A DNA stretch of 63,078 nucleotides, filler included, from Choristocarpus tenellus KU-1152 (GCA_964200185.2; 11 parts of 11 records of this genome joined end to end with filler, not necessarily neighbours in it), one strand, 5' to 3'. Counted from the first letter of the whole stretch, positions 26,221-39,553 are shown. The notes: generated from the letters alone by a model not told the origin. Numbers and translations are program-made.

Positions 26221-26280
26221 TTATTATTATGCCCTCTGACATTTTGCAGATGTGTCAGGGGGAAACCAATGAAAACTATA
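26221..26280 (-). mobile_element. Very short 3' end of the CRE-like LINE
   Basis: Reverse complement of cccctgacacatctgcaaaatgtcagagggcataataataa. Confidence 0.75.
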
Positions 26281-27904
26281 TACATATGTGNNNNNNNNNN
26301 CGCTTTCCGATCTATTGCGTGGAAACCACTAATCAGTTACTTCACCACTATCAAAGATATCATTTTCTGATGAAGATGTCATCAGGAGAGAAGTGAACAA
26401 CGTTTTATTTAGGGTTTGATTCAGTGGGCGGTACGGTATGACCAAGAATGAAGCTGTTGACAACAATTCCTTTTTACCGTTCGGGTTAAATGCACTGTGT
26501 TATATTTTCGACTCAGCTAGTCTCCTATCTCCTACAACGCGGAATTCCAGATTCAGAACTTCCCGATTAATAGCGAGCGGTCCCAAGTTATATGTTTCGA
26601 TTCAAATGTTGACTCTGAAGGAGTTTCTGTTGCGGGAGAGATGTCACAAGTCGAATATGGTCCAAGACAGACTATAGGAAGGCAAGGAAACTCTTTTTTG
26701 TACTTCGAGTGTGCTTCGATGAGGTGAACAAAAGCAAGGATTGCCTGGGAGTTCTTGAGGGACGGAAGGAATAACTGGATGGTCAAATAAACTGTTGGGC
26801 ATTGTATGAGGAAGGAGAATGCAGGAAGGGGAGGGGAGAGCAGATCGTAAAAAATAGTCTTCTCCTGTCCATCATGATCATCGAATGGAATACAAGGTAG
26901 GCAGTAAACCAACACAGGTGGAAAAATTGTGGGGTTCATGGAATACAGACCTTTATGAATGAGTGGCATGCCAGATAAACTGTGACAGCTGATGTACGTC
27001 ATGCTAAGGCAGCATGAAAGGCTGGTCAAGAGAAAAGGGGACATCGTAATGCTTCATGATGCTGTTCGACCCTTCTACAGTGCCTTGACACATACACACA
27101 GAGTACACCAATGCCATTTATATGTGGGAACAGACTTCACAGAAATTAGAAGGAATGACAGGTTGTTGGCCCCTCAACCTCCGACCTGGGCTGGTACCTA
27201 CTCTCAGTCCCAATAAATAGAATTCGTCATACATAGTAGTATATGCTCTTTACCTTTGTTTGCAAACGCACTGCAGTGTGAAGTCGGTTCCCTTCTTTTT
27301 CTTAAGGTTTAATTCACCAGGACTAATCTTTCCAGTTACTGTTGATTCCTGAGTCATGAAATAAAAATGTTTCATATATTATCCTTGTCCGAGACAATCA
27401 CCTTTGAGAAGTGCCACAAGCACATAGATGATAAGATACACATGTCAAGATGAATTCCCCTTGTCCGGAAATTTGAATGCGTGCCATAGTACTTCAACTC
27501 TGTGTAAACCACGCCTGTAATACTGTGTGCATGGTTTGTATGGAGTGGTGTAGCACACACTTTGTGTGCGTATATGTGTGTGCACATGTTTGTGTTGCTT
27601 CAGACTAACCCATTCCCCACAGAAACAGATACAAAAAATAATTCCCCTGAAGAACATGTGCTAGTCCTCAGTTGTTCCCCACACACGATAAAGTAGCTGT
27701 GCTTAGAAGGCACCTCACACCACTATTTGCACTCACTACCTGGAAACAGTAATTCACAACCTTGCAGGACAAGAGATAACGCATGAAACCACACACTCAA
27801 AAACCTACAAAATACCAGACGAAAAGCCTATAGTCAAGGCGACCTGGCAAACCCTGTCCAGCTTAGTCTGTCCCGAATCTCTACTTTATTGCTACCAATT
27901 TTGG

Positions 27905-30900
27905 TCACATTCCGTCCTCAACACCTGCTGTTACAAGACCTTCCCGCCCAAAGAACAGAGGGTGTTTCTCAGCCTCGGACACAGCTTTTCCAAGCTCCAA
28001 GGTCATGATAAGATGCCCCGGCATGGCAAAGCCTAACCCTCCAGTCGTACGCCGGGCAAGAATAACACCTCCAGGGGCCAGGCAGTGTCTCAGGTATCCA
28101 ATGTGTTCCCCAAAGGCACGTTCCCCCAGACGATCCAATGACAACGAAGTGGATATAAGGTCAAAGCCACTACATACATTCTCCTTCGGGTCAGCTCTAA
28201 GCTGCTGTGCTGCTTCCACTAGAGAGGGTGATGATCTTGTTAATAGGAGAGGCTCAGCGTGAGAAGCTGCATCAGGTATTGTAGAGGCCCTTCTGCGTTC
28301 TTTGAGTAGCACCCGAGAGGGTCCCTGAAGATGTGTTTACATACAAGGCGACAGCACCATTCACATACCAAGTGAGGGATTTTTTTTTCTAGGGGCAAGC
28401 GGGAAGGGTGAAACCATTTGTGTGTTTGCGATATTCTTCTGTAGAGCTTGCTCATGAGGGTAAAGCTATAAAATTGGTCAGGATTTGCTCCCCCTCCTCC
28501 TGTACTCTCATTGTATTCCTATTGTTGATGCCTAGCATGATACGAGGTCATCAAAAAAACGAGAGCAAACACAAACATGCCTTCCCCTCAATGCCAGTGT
28601 CAGCCCTATGTCATATGAAAAGAGCCTGACATTGTTCCTCACCCCATCCACCCTGAACTGTCTCATCAACAACACACTAGGAGAAGTAGTACTACCAAAA
28701 GGCCTAAAAAAGTATTTTGAAAGTCTCTTGAGGGTACACACTATCTCATAGCTACTGCAAAAGACCCTTCCTATCTAAGTCCCAAACAACAAACCCTACT
28801 TCAGACAGACCTGCAGCCAGAGTGGTAGCCCAGACTCCTCTCCTGATAACACTCCTGCATACTCATTTAGCAGACTCAATGTTGCCCAGAGGTTCCCCGC
28901 CAGGCCACCCTGGCCTTGCCCCCCACCCTTCACACTAAAACTGCCATCAGCATTGCTACCACTGCCCTCTCCCTGTGCCCTCATCCCAGTCAATGCTTCT
29001 GCTTCCCATTCCACCCTTGCCTCATGCAGCTCTACTAGGCGTTGCATCAATTCATATTGCTCGTCTGCAGATGCTTCCTTCCTAATGAACCCCATGGCCT
29101 GCGACGAGGCCTCCGGCTGAAGGCTGGAGTTGAGGGCTGACAGTGCCTGTCCAATACCTGGCATTTGCATCAGTGATATTGTTTTTTCTTGATGTTCTAA
29201 AGGATTGCGTATGTTGATTATTCATGAGGTGTGTTATCATAGAATGCTCCATACAATACACTGTGCAGTGTTACAAAGGCGCCCTCACTTCGCTCAACAA
29301 CACATCCACTATCTGATCCAAAAACTTCACCCCAGCAGGCATCACTGCCAATACATACATTGACTAGGATACAGCCGCCTCAAACGCACAATAATGGTAC
29401 TTCTACACTGTTGATATGTGCCTGATGAGGGGGGCATACAATCTTACCAACTGCAACCAACTGACTTAGCCTCCAAATGACAATTAGACATTTCCAGCGA
29501 TCCACATAGCAAAATTTTCTGTAGCAATATTCACAACTGGACTGAATCAAATCCTAATGTTTTCATCGATGAGGTACTGCATACATTAAGGACTATATTA
29601 GGCTCCACAGTATATATATGCTAAGGAGTATTTGTGTGTTCATTTCATCACTGCTTATGCTTAAACTTCCTCCCTATGCCTAACTCTAGAAGAGAACCCC
29701 AAGAAAAAAGGGTCATTTACACACACCCAGAGCACTCGATAAATGGTCCTAGAAAAAAATTCTTGGTAGTTGCTATTAGTACCACACCATCAATTAAAAG
29801 TCAAAAGTGCAAGTTTCCTACAGCATTGCACTGAGGAGAGCTCCCTAGAGTCCATTCTGCATGGCACTTACTACTGCTGTACCAAAGCACACTCCTAGGA
29901 CACCACTGCTTGCCCAGTGCAGAACTAATATGACCGTACAACCTTCATCAAGATGTTGTCCACCACCGCCAGGGAATTACTCTAATGTAAATACACACCA
30001 TCATCTCATGACTAACGAATGGGATCGGTGATCACTGAATGTACAGCAAACTCTACTCTCCCTGTACTGTAAACATCCCGCCAAACTCGTTATCTACGGT
30101 ACAACAGTGGAGCATAAGCATATACTCTGTAGGACCGCCGGATCTCTTGGGGCATGGGCTATCATTACATACTTTACCAGGCGGCATTTATGCATCCAAG
30201 TGCCTTCACAAAAACAGGAGGGAAACAACATGACTCTCCAACCAATTCATAAGGGTGACTGATCAAAGAGAAGACAACGTGTGTTCCAAAAGAGTACAAA
30301 AATGTATACAGCCCCAGCACACAACGCTTGAGGGGGAACGCCTAAGAGACAGCATGGTGGTGCAGTGACAATTGCAGCAGTGCACAACACCTCGGCACCA
30401 AACCAAATCTGGACTGCCAAAAAAAGAAGAAAGTAGCATGTTACTGCTCTCGTAACAGTTTTTAATTATGCAGTATTTCAGTTTAGTCAGCGGTATGGTA
30501 TGACTGAGAAAAAAACTGTTCATGGTATATGTGGAACCTCTTGTACTTTCAGGGGTAAATGCGTAGCACCGTGCCTCACTGTAGACCTCTGAGTTTTTAC
30601 TTGGCAGATGTCAAGAGTATTCTGAATTAGATGGCAGCCCACGTGTGAAAATGACATTAAATAAGTAAAAGCACTTGTCCAGTAGTTAAATTCTGTGAAG
30701 AGGGCATTGCAAGGGTTGCAGATGCCACGTAGGTACGTACATTGTAACATCGATTGACAAGAAAGAAAGGGGTGTCTGTCCTTCTGCCTGTACATTCCCA
30801 GTACCAGATTTCATCCTCACACGCCTGCTCACACGTACTGAAACCAATGTCTCGTAGTTGGGAAAACAGATTTTTTTCAACAAAATCAGAAACAAGGCAG

Positions 30901-33900
30901 GTACATGGGCTCTAAGTGACTCCATTTCATCACCATTATTGCCTGTCAGTATCATGCATCGCCTTGCCACCTAGCACCTCTTGTGCTCATGTCACAGGTA
31001 CTGGCTCTTGGTCTCATGCATGTACTCGATCCATCCACGTGTGCTATCCATGTAGGCTCTTGAACTCCATTGTGCACTGGATCTAACCAGGTCTCCTCTA
31101 CTTGAACCCAATACTTTCAGATATGAACTGCTAAGTGACATACATGTGTCATAGGACAAAGGGTACATACCAGACAACTCCAACCCCATTGGCAATGACC
31201 CTCTCTCCCTCATTTTTCCAATGTGCCTGGAGAGACACAACTAAAACTCCCGATCAAAGTAAGCCCTCCATATGTCCCTTCTTCACAGGACAGAACAGTG
31301 GTTACAAAGACAATACAAAGATGGATCGCTGAATCAAGGAAGAGCAGAATTGCAGAAAAAAATCTATTACAATCAGATCAAATCAGAGCAAACAAAAAAA
31401 AGGAGCGCAGGAGTTACACACACCTGAGAAGCAGGAGGATCCTCCTTCTGACAATCCCCTCAATAAGTCCTGGGGTGATATTCCTGCCTCCATCAGACAG
31501 ACAAGTCGACTCAAAGCTACTTGCTGCTGTCGTGAGGAGCGACCCACTCCAAACCTGGTGGTTTCAGAACAACGTAACACAACACAATGAAAAACTTAAA
31601 TGAGTGAGGTATCCTGTAAACCTCAGAGATCCGAGCAAGACACAGCAATTCTATTTGATCCACTTTGTTTCTTGCTAATGAACATGTCACCTGGCACTCT
31701 CAATGGAGCAACTAGGGTATGCACATCAAACCATGGAATTTCTAAGCAACAGGAATGTTCTCTTCCCTTAGAAAACAAGTGAGGGGTCGACATTATATCA
31801 GCGGCAGGAAGGGGTAGATGGGGAGAGAGAGAACATAAAGTAGAGTACTACAACTCTGTACTCCTCAAAAATGATCAATTAGGCTTGCAATAGTTGCGAG
31901 AAAACAGCTTCACCACCAACAAGCGGTGATACCATCTTAAACGGGGGTGTCATTGGGCTTGTAGGGTCTCTATGAATGCCTTGTGATACACGTGTTTTGA
32001 GCACCCGTAGAGGGTGTTTTCAGCTAAAAGTGTGTTCACAGCTAATCTTCTCTTCTACAGACACACCGCCCTAGAGTGGGACAACTGCATTTCAGGCATG
32101 AGTATAGTGCATGTTCTACAAGGTTCAAAAAGGTCATGGGGCTCAAAAAGGTCCTTAATCAACCCTCATCTTGGACGGTTTCACTCAGAGTTTTACATAC
32201 CTTGAACTCAACGTAAAAGTGTGAGCAATGAATGCCTTCATTTTACGCCATGAAAGTACAGAACTAGCTGATACCAAACTTTGACTGCCATCAATAAGGT
32301 GGTCAATAATCCAACAAGAGAAGGGAATCAAACAATCCCTCCCCTTGTGAAAGGACATCTTCGACCACGCCCCAATTAATAACTCCACAACCAGAAAACC
32401 TTCAAGCATAACATAAATGCAATATGCAGTTATCCCTCATAAACACAATTACCACTTTGTGTATATTATCTGGTCCCCAGTGGCACAGCACAAACCAGGC
32501 ACCAATAAATGTCTCACCTTATATCACTATCTCTACGCGAATTCCAGAACTTGGCACTCTCTGCTGGTAGCTCAGCAGCAACAGCACAGTCGAAAAGCTC
32601 AACACGTTTTGCCCCATTGGCTGCCTCTATCCCTTTACCACCAATCTCGGGAGATGGGTACCTCCTCTCCCATGCTGGACTCTCCATACCAAGCAGTGCC
32701 AAGGCTTCTGTCTCTGAAAGTTCACTCACTCCCACAGCTAGTTTCAGCTGTGCAAGGTGTAGCTGGGCAGGGTGAGACTCCACACAGTGCACGCTAGTGA
32801 CATCAGCGCGACTGAGCTTGGATTGGGATGGGAGGCAGGAAAAAGGAGGAGGGAAGATGGGCGTACTCAGAGAGGCAAGGCAAGGCAATACAATGTACAC
32901 TCTTGAAAGGAGTCTTAAGGGTAATTGATCAACTGTCGGGTAATGCTACAATCAACATGGTGCTCTTGAGCAAGGAACGCTGGGTCATTTGAGGACGTAC
33001 CATACTGCGGGACACTGATCGAATGTTATCTAGAGCGTGCTTTATGGGGGGAATCTGGCACGTAGAGGATGTCAATGTGGCAGGTACCACCTACCAGAGC
33101 GACCGCAGTGTCTCCGCCCCCACAAGCCTGCTTCGATAGAGCCCATCACGTCGACAGTCCCGCCAGAATATCGGCCGTGCAAAAAGGGGTCGGGAGACGC
33201 AGAGCAAGGAGAGCCAAAAATTGGTGGCTAGCGAGGTGATGAAAGAGATTTTACTAATCAAACGAGATAACAGTTTCATTCATCTTGTTGAGAATCACAT
33301 ACCTGCAAAACCCTCATCCCCTGCCCAGTCTGAGGACTGTTCACAGCTAGCCAATCTAGTGCAGCAAACTCTGCACCACAGTCATCCTCGCTGTGAGACC
33401 ACAGTAATGGACTCTGAAATGGGGTAAGGCACCCACGCAAGGAAGTCAGCCATTCCCCCTCACGACGGGCAGAGCTGAACCGTCGCAGTGTACCATTGAG
33501 AACTTCCCTGAGGGGAAGTTTCATGTGAAGGTGAAGGATCACGTGTACATAGGCACCTTCCAGGTTTACTTGTCCGTACCACACCTTCAATATGTCGTAT
33601 CTTCAGACGGAAAGAATGACATATCCGATTGCGCGTGGGAATGGTAGACTTCATGAGATTTTTCTGGTCGCCAAAATGTACATCTAGCATGACCGCACAA
33701 GAGATTTAGATAGGATTGCTGTGGTGTGTTGCACTATTTACGACATTAATTGACAATAAAGAGAGCGCAGGGAGCAGGGAAGGCACAAGGCTCTTTCTCA
33801 TGTGGGGCCAATGATTGTTACATTATCTCTTCGTTGGTGGGGGAGGACCTACAAATTCAAAGGAGGGTTCAAATTCTTCAACAGCAATATATTTCACTCA

Positions 33901-34008
33901 AGTCAGGCACATGTAAATGTGATATTGCAATTCACAAGGTCTGTGGCTCACCTCCTGGAAAGGGAGGGCAGAACCAGTTGACCACTTCAATCTGCACGTG
34001 GCCTGGTT
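27905..34008 (-). CDS. DUF3419 / BtaA-like SAM-dependent transferase. Exons (34008-33952 tentative), 33413-33303, 33127-33095, 32816-32518, 31554-31424, 29157-28811, 28324-27925 or 27905; start and end unresolved
   Basis: All junctions are GT-AG and phase-compatible. Spliced protein: SPLLWSHSEDDCGAEFAAL..GMRVLQ|ACGGGDTAVAL|LSRADVTSVHCVESHPAQLHLAQLKLA..FDLISTSLSLD..LRHCLAPGGVILARR, matching the DUF3419 motif order (WED..RVL.IASGG..VD.NPAQL.L..LK) and a class I MTase C-terminus. Confidence 0.8.
30300..31250 (-). pseudogene. Highly degenerate CRE-like non-LTR reverse transcriptase inside an intron
   Basis: Fragments in expected order: IANGVGVVW, RGWIEYM, ESLRAHVPALF, AFTYL; many stops and frameshifts. 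Confidence 0.4.
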
Positions 34009-34636
34009 CTGACCTTAGTTGTTAGTCCTTCAAAACATAAATCATGTGAACATTTTAAAATACTGAATTATGGGACAACCTTTAACATTATGTGCGCGCA
34101 TTCTTACCTCAATACACGATAATATAATGCTTCTTACCTCAATCCAATCACACAACATAATACATATCTTCACATAATAAAAAAAATAGATAATGCCTTT
34201 TTCCTTCCACCACTACCACACACTAAATAGGTAAGCATCCCCCTAAAACGTTTGACTTGTTTGAACTCGGTACCCTTTGTGACTGATCTGGATTCTGTTA
34301 GAAATTTAAATCGAGAAATCAACGTTCTCAATCAAGTCAATGATAGCACTTCATCAATAATATAAACATGGGTGAATTGGAAAAGATGGAAAAAACACAG
34401 TAAAAAAGTAGAAACTGGTCAAAACCTAAGTACCTCTCGTTTAATCTGGCTCTCTGGTGCATGTAGTCTTAGTCCCCTGGAGAGCAATATCGCACTTACA
34501 TGGACCAATGTTTGTATCCTCTTCTATTGGCACACCCTCCCAACCAATGGGTGTGTGTGGTAAGCTCCATTTATGAGATGGCAATGGAGGTGTCAGTTAA
34601 AAGAATTTATAAGGACAAATCCCAAAATCATTTCAC

Positions 34637-34945
34637 ATGTCCCGATCCATGTCCACTGGGTATTGAACTGGTCCATGTCTGCTGGCAGATCAGATCAAAC
34701 ATTGTCAAACATGCCCGGACCATATCCATTGGTTATTGTATCAGTGCATGTATGTCCGCAGGCTCGACCAGGTCTAGCATTCTCTAACATGTCTGGACTA
34801 TGTTTACTGGGTAATGGTATAAGTCCGTATCTGCTGGCTGCTTCGTCTTAACTTTTTACTCGCATATCCAAACCATGGTCAACAGCCAGTCCTACTTTTT
34901 CTGGCATGTCCGAACCATGTCCACTACGAGTTTTACTAGTCCACA
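34637..34945. repeat. Degenerate tandem repeat, ~70-bp unit, about 4-5 copies
   Basis: Recurring acatgtccggaccat.tccactggg motif at ~34637, 34709, 34787, 34861, 34905. Confidence 0.6.
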
Positions 34946-35575
34946 ACGAAAAATGTGCATTATGTCGAAGGTTTAGTCAGTATGATGTTCATATGGATGA
35001 CACTCTTTCAAATCTTCTCTAGACTTTCTTGGTTCGAAATCATGAAGAACATGAAGGTATGTAGAGTGAGATATCAGGATAGATACAACTGTATAATTTT
35101 TACTTACATATTTATTATTTACACATTTGACCCTTGACGAGTAGGTGTCAAAATACATCTTGAAGTCACAAATCACCTCAGACTCCCAACAATACACAAA
35201 AGTACCAGGTGTAATTCATTTTTTATACTTGTACTCCCTAAATTACTACATATAGTGAAATATCAATATATATACTCCAATATTACATATTATAGTACTT
35301 CTATAAATCGTGTCATTCTGTGGTGACGTGGTTCACTCAGGCAAGGGTGGTGAAGAGAATCACCAGGCAAGACAGACCAGACGGACCAGACGGACCAAGA
35401 CGAATCGTAACCGAGAGGACAAGGTTAAGATTGGACAAGTGTAAGACTGCTTGGCCTTGCAGATGAACTGTGGAGCGATGAGAATCTTACAAGAAGAGGG
35501 GATCATCACAAAAGTCAAGACTTGACAACAAAGAGAATCTTTTATGTGTGACATCTCTCGTTGAAGAGATGCCCA

Positions 35576-35610
35576 TCGTCTGCAAAATGTCAGAGGGCAT
35601 AATAATAAAA
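35576..35610 (+). mobile_element. 35-bp 5'-truncated LINE insertion with 12-bp TSD
   Basis: tctgcaaaatgtcagagggcataataataaaa flanked by aagagatgccca / aagagatgtcca. Confidence 0.8.
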
Positions 35611-35687
35611 AAGAGATGTCCATTACTTGTGGGATTGATCTCTTGAAAGGTTCCACATCTCAATTATTTTTATTTTTATTTTTTTTG

Positions 35688-35740
35688 TTATTATGCCCTC
35701 TGACATTTTCCACATGTATGTGTCAGGGGGAAACAAACAG
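35688..35740 (-). mobile_element. Very short LINE 3' end
   Basis: ttattatgccctctgacatttt..gtgtcaggggg preceded by a T-rich tail. Confidence 0.75.
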
Positions 35741-35896
35741 GGATTCCTGACAAGGAAACCTCAAACGGTATAATGGTAAAACGGTATATGACATACNNNN
35801 NNNNNNNNNNNNNNNNNNNNNNNNNNNNNNNNNNNNNNNNTTAATTAATTAANNNNNNNNNNNNNNNNNNNNNNNNNNNNNNNNNNNNNNNNNNNN

Positions 35897-36152
35897 CCAA
35901 AGTATCTGAGAGGGTAGAGCCGCGTCCATTTGGGGTCCACAATCCAATGTTGTGATTTTGATATAATTTTGGCCATTGTGTTTGTTGGGAAGTGTCAATA
36001 TCCATGTTCTGGACACACCTTTTCATAACGTATACATTTTACCTACTCCTAAATGTTTTGGAGTAGGAAAATGTCATCAAAAAACCCATGGGAAGCCAAG
36101 ACCCAAATGGACAAACAGGGCAAAACTCGTACCCTCTAAGATACTCTCACTC
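35897..36152 (-). mobile_element. MITE family A at a contig start
   Basis: Near full-length homology, both TIR cores present. Confidence 0.92.
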
Positions 36153-36159
36153 AATATTA

Positions 36160-36710
36160 AGATGATGTCGAAAGTGAGGGATGGGTGAGATGCAATACTC
36201 GAAAGAAATGAACACTTTTGAATGCAAAAATACACTGGGGATCATGTATTACTTCTTCAACATGTTAACACAGGGAGCGAAGTGCTGCGGTCAGTGACGA
36301 GAATTGGCTATACAGAGGAGAGTGGTTTCTTCTGTTAGCGAATCCTAAAATGATGTCGAAAATACCGAATGGGTGAGATGCAATACTTGAAATAAATATT
36401 ACTTTTGAATAAAAAAAAGTACTGGGGATCACGTATTCTTTCTTCAACAACATGTAAACACGGGCAGCGAACTGCTGCAGGAAGTGATAAGAATTGGCTA
36501 CAGAGGAGAGTGCTTTCCTCTGTTGGTGGATCCTAAAATGATGTCAAGAATTTGAATGAGTGGGATGCAATACTTGAAAGAAATGATTACTCGTTGGAAG
36601 GAAAAAAATCGAATAGGGTTATCTATTCCTTTCCACAAAAACAGATAAAGTGAGCAGTGAAGTGCTGCAGGTAGTGATGAGAGTTGGCTACAGGGGAGAG
36701 CGGCTTCTTA
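36160..36710. repeat. Tandem repeat, ~188-bp unit, 3 diverged copies
   Basis: atgatgtc..gatgcaatact..gaattggcta..gaggagagtg recurs at 36162, 36350 and 36538. Confidence 0.85.
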
Positions 36711-37483
36711 TGTATATCAACATAAAAATGTGATATGGGAGTTAGGGCAACGATGTTACCAAATATATTTATGAGGGGGCATACGATCTGTGTACAAATA
36801 ATTCACTTGGTGAACTCTGTAGACCTTGAGAAGATTTTCTAACAAGATTGTGTTGAATCGGTCAAGGTGTATGCCAGGGATATGGTGTCATGCAAATTAA
36901 GGAGAGATCCGTAATGCGATGATGGACGTTTAAAAAAGATTGTAGCAAAGGACGGGTAAATGGTGTGCATGTTGTTCTAAGGGAAGAACAGCACAAACGC
37001 TGTTTTTATAAACTTCGAAAAACGTAATAACCGTTTCAGAATTTTGGAGGAGAGGGGGAGAGAGTGGTGCACGTGGTGGCTGGCATCATCGACAATACCA
37101 GAGATGCTTATAATCTTAAATCCCAATCGTTCAAAGTAATGGTGACCTCATGATTTCGTTAGCATGCATCGACTTCATGCGAGTGTAGGTGTTGGCAGGG
37201 CTGCAATAGTATGCCTGTTTCTTTCACGAGTTGTACAAAGGAACATGGTCTCAAAAGGTGGGAAATAACGACATCGACCTTATAGTTTTGCGGAGGGTTT
37301 CTTGGTGCGATGGAGTGTTCCATAAGAATAGGTTGCGTAGTGATGGATGGGTGTGTGTGTCTTCTGGCGAGGAATATGGTGATTTCATGTGCGGGTGTTA
37401 TTGTGCTAAAAACACCATGTGTTGGTTGTGGGTAGCAATGGTACAGGCAGTGTTGCATACAGTAGGGTTGAGAGAAATAAGAT

Positions 37484-37741
37484 TAGTGAAAGCATCTTAG
37501 AGGGTACGAGTTTTTCCCTGTTTGTCCGTTTAGGACTCGGCTTCCCACAGGGTTTTTATGACATTTTACGTGCTCAAAATGTTTCGGAGTAGGTAGAGTT
37601 TATACGTTATGAAAAGTTGTGTCTGGAACAAGGATATTGACACTTCCTAACAAACACGATAGCCAAAACTACATCAAAATCACAACATTGGATTTTGGTC
37701 CCCAAACAGACGCGGCTCTACCCTCTAAGATACTTTGACTC
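37484..37741 (+). mobile_element. MITE family A
   Basis: Both TIRs; TSD AGAT. Confidence 0.93.
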
Positions 37742-39553
37742 AGATAGATGTGTGGTTATGTTATACCCCCCTGCACAGACCCTTCCACTTTCGGGGGATG
37801 GGTACATTTTGGTGTTGACTATGCCTCTGGAATAATATGTCGACATTCCGATAATGAGGGTGGGACAACACGGTCAGAGCTATTTGGGGATGAGCATTTG
37901 CCCAATCCTACGGAAAGGCCAACGAAGATTGGTATATATAGTGATCGGCGGGTTTTATGGAACATGTTGTGAATGTGCGACTGAATGCGTAGGGGGAAAG
38001 ATCGGGTGGTAAAATCCGATACAGTGCCGTGTCGAGCGCGTGATGCCTTCAGGCCAAGGACAGATGTCCAGCGATCATCCTTTCCCATACCCATCTTCCA
38101 ACGCCGATATGAGGTGCTTGGTTGAATATAAACAAATTCGGAAATAGTATACAAGCCTTACATTCTTAGCCTCTAAACGTTTGTAGGACGAGGAGGACTC
38201 AGCGCAGGTTCTAACTGTGTGTAGAGGCATATAAGAGGAAAATATATATGGATGAATACCAAGGGTTGAGGCTGAATGGTTGAGTTTACACATGATGCTG
38301 CGTGTTGCCATTGAAGCTAGGACAGGGAGGTTGATAAAGCAAATCATTCATCATGCATGGTGGTGTCTGCTGAGAGTGGGGGATGAGATTTGTCTTATGT
38401 GCGCTTGGCTTGAATGCTCTGGAATGACTGTGCACATTCATTCGGTCAAACTCACTTGTTGTCTGCTGCTTTTGACATCCTCAAGTCCAGCAATTGCGAT
38501 GCCTTTCCGTGTTGGTCCTTTGCAGTGGGGTGATGTGGGTGCGTTGCAAAGTGGGTAACGGAAACCTGTAGGGGAGGAGAAGGCACGTTTTGCGCTTAGC
38601 CACTGGTCCGGATAAAGGGGTCGCCGTGCATGGGTTGATTCCTGTCTCGATGTCCGTGCCCCTCCTTCTCTTGTACGGAATAGGGTCAGCTGTTTATTCC
38701 CTTCCCATTGATAAAATGGGATATTGGCATACGAATATCATGTACATACGTATATGGATGATGTTTTATGGTTGATACAAATCTGCATCCATTACGGATT
38801 GCACTCCTTCTCATATCTCCATCCAATTAGGTTTCATTCTTTCATACCTTCCATGAAAATACCTGTGTCATTAAATGTCGATACCAATATTGATATGTTT
38901 TTCATATTTTGCAGAACACCAATGTGTTCTTTCAAACACATCCTAAACCCATCCCAGCAACTCACTGTTTTTCGGAAGATAAATGTTTCGGTAGTTTTTG
39001 TTGGGAATATGTGAAACATTCATTTTGTGGTACAATTGGATGCCATACAGACATGCATGCGCCGACAGGGTCATCGGAACTTGCTGTTATCCACCAATAC
39101 AAGAAACAGGACATATGTACATATATTATATCCACATTTTAGAAAAGAGTAAGAAGCACTATCTCTCAGCTGAGATTACGTTGGCTCTTTGATCCTATAC
39201 CTTTATCTACGTTGGAATATATCATTCTTTCATGGAACAATCCACTCTGGAAGTATGTCAGAGGTAGCAGGACAGATGTCAGAATCCCATGTCGCAGACG
39301 GAATCACATGTCCATGTATATATATTGTTCCATTATCTAATACTGAGGTATCCAACTAAATCTCCTTCGCCATATCCACAATATCCACTCCAACTTAACG
39401 TTGAATCACTTTCTCGATTAGCCACAACTTCCTCCAACACTTTCGTTCAATAAAAGAAGAATAAAGAATCTAAATGGAATAATTGGAATATGATTATGTA
39501 CCCGAAACTGGCTGCATTCCCTCACTTCTCCCATATAATCTACCCCAACGTAA

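Larger units (their letters stand above)
35319..35796 (+). repeat. LTR-like repeat truncated by the contig end, carrying two tiny LINE 3'-end insertions
   Basis: Starts TGTGG; homologous to 21848-22228 in reverse orientation. Confidence 0.6.

Noticed and set aside
25860-27044. 163-aa minus ORF as a Copia integrase remnant or a host gene
   Set aside because: Only faint resemblance (CLGP, ESKHITW); no catalytic motifs or convincing splice structure.
33091-33279. Longer exon 33227-33095 for the DUF3419-like gene
   Set aside because: Its length (133 nt) breaks the frame; only the 33-nt exon joins both neighbours in phase and supplies the Gly-rich motif.
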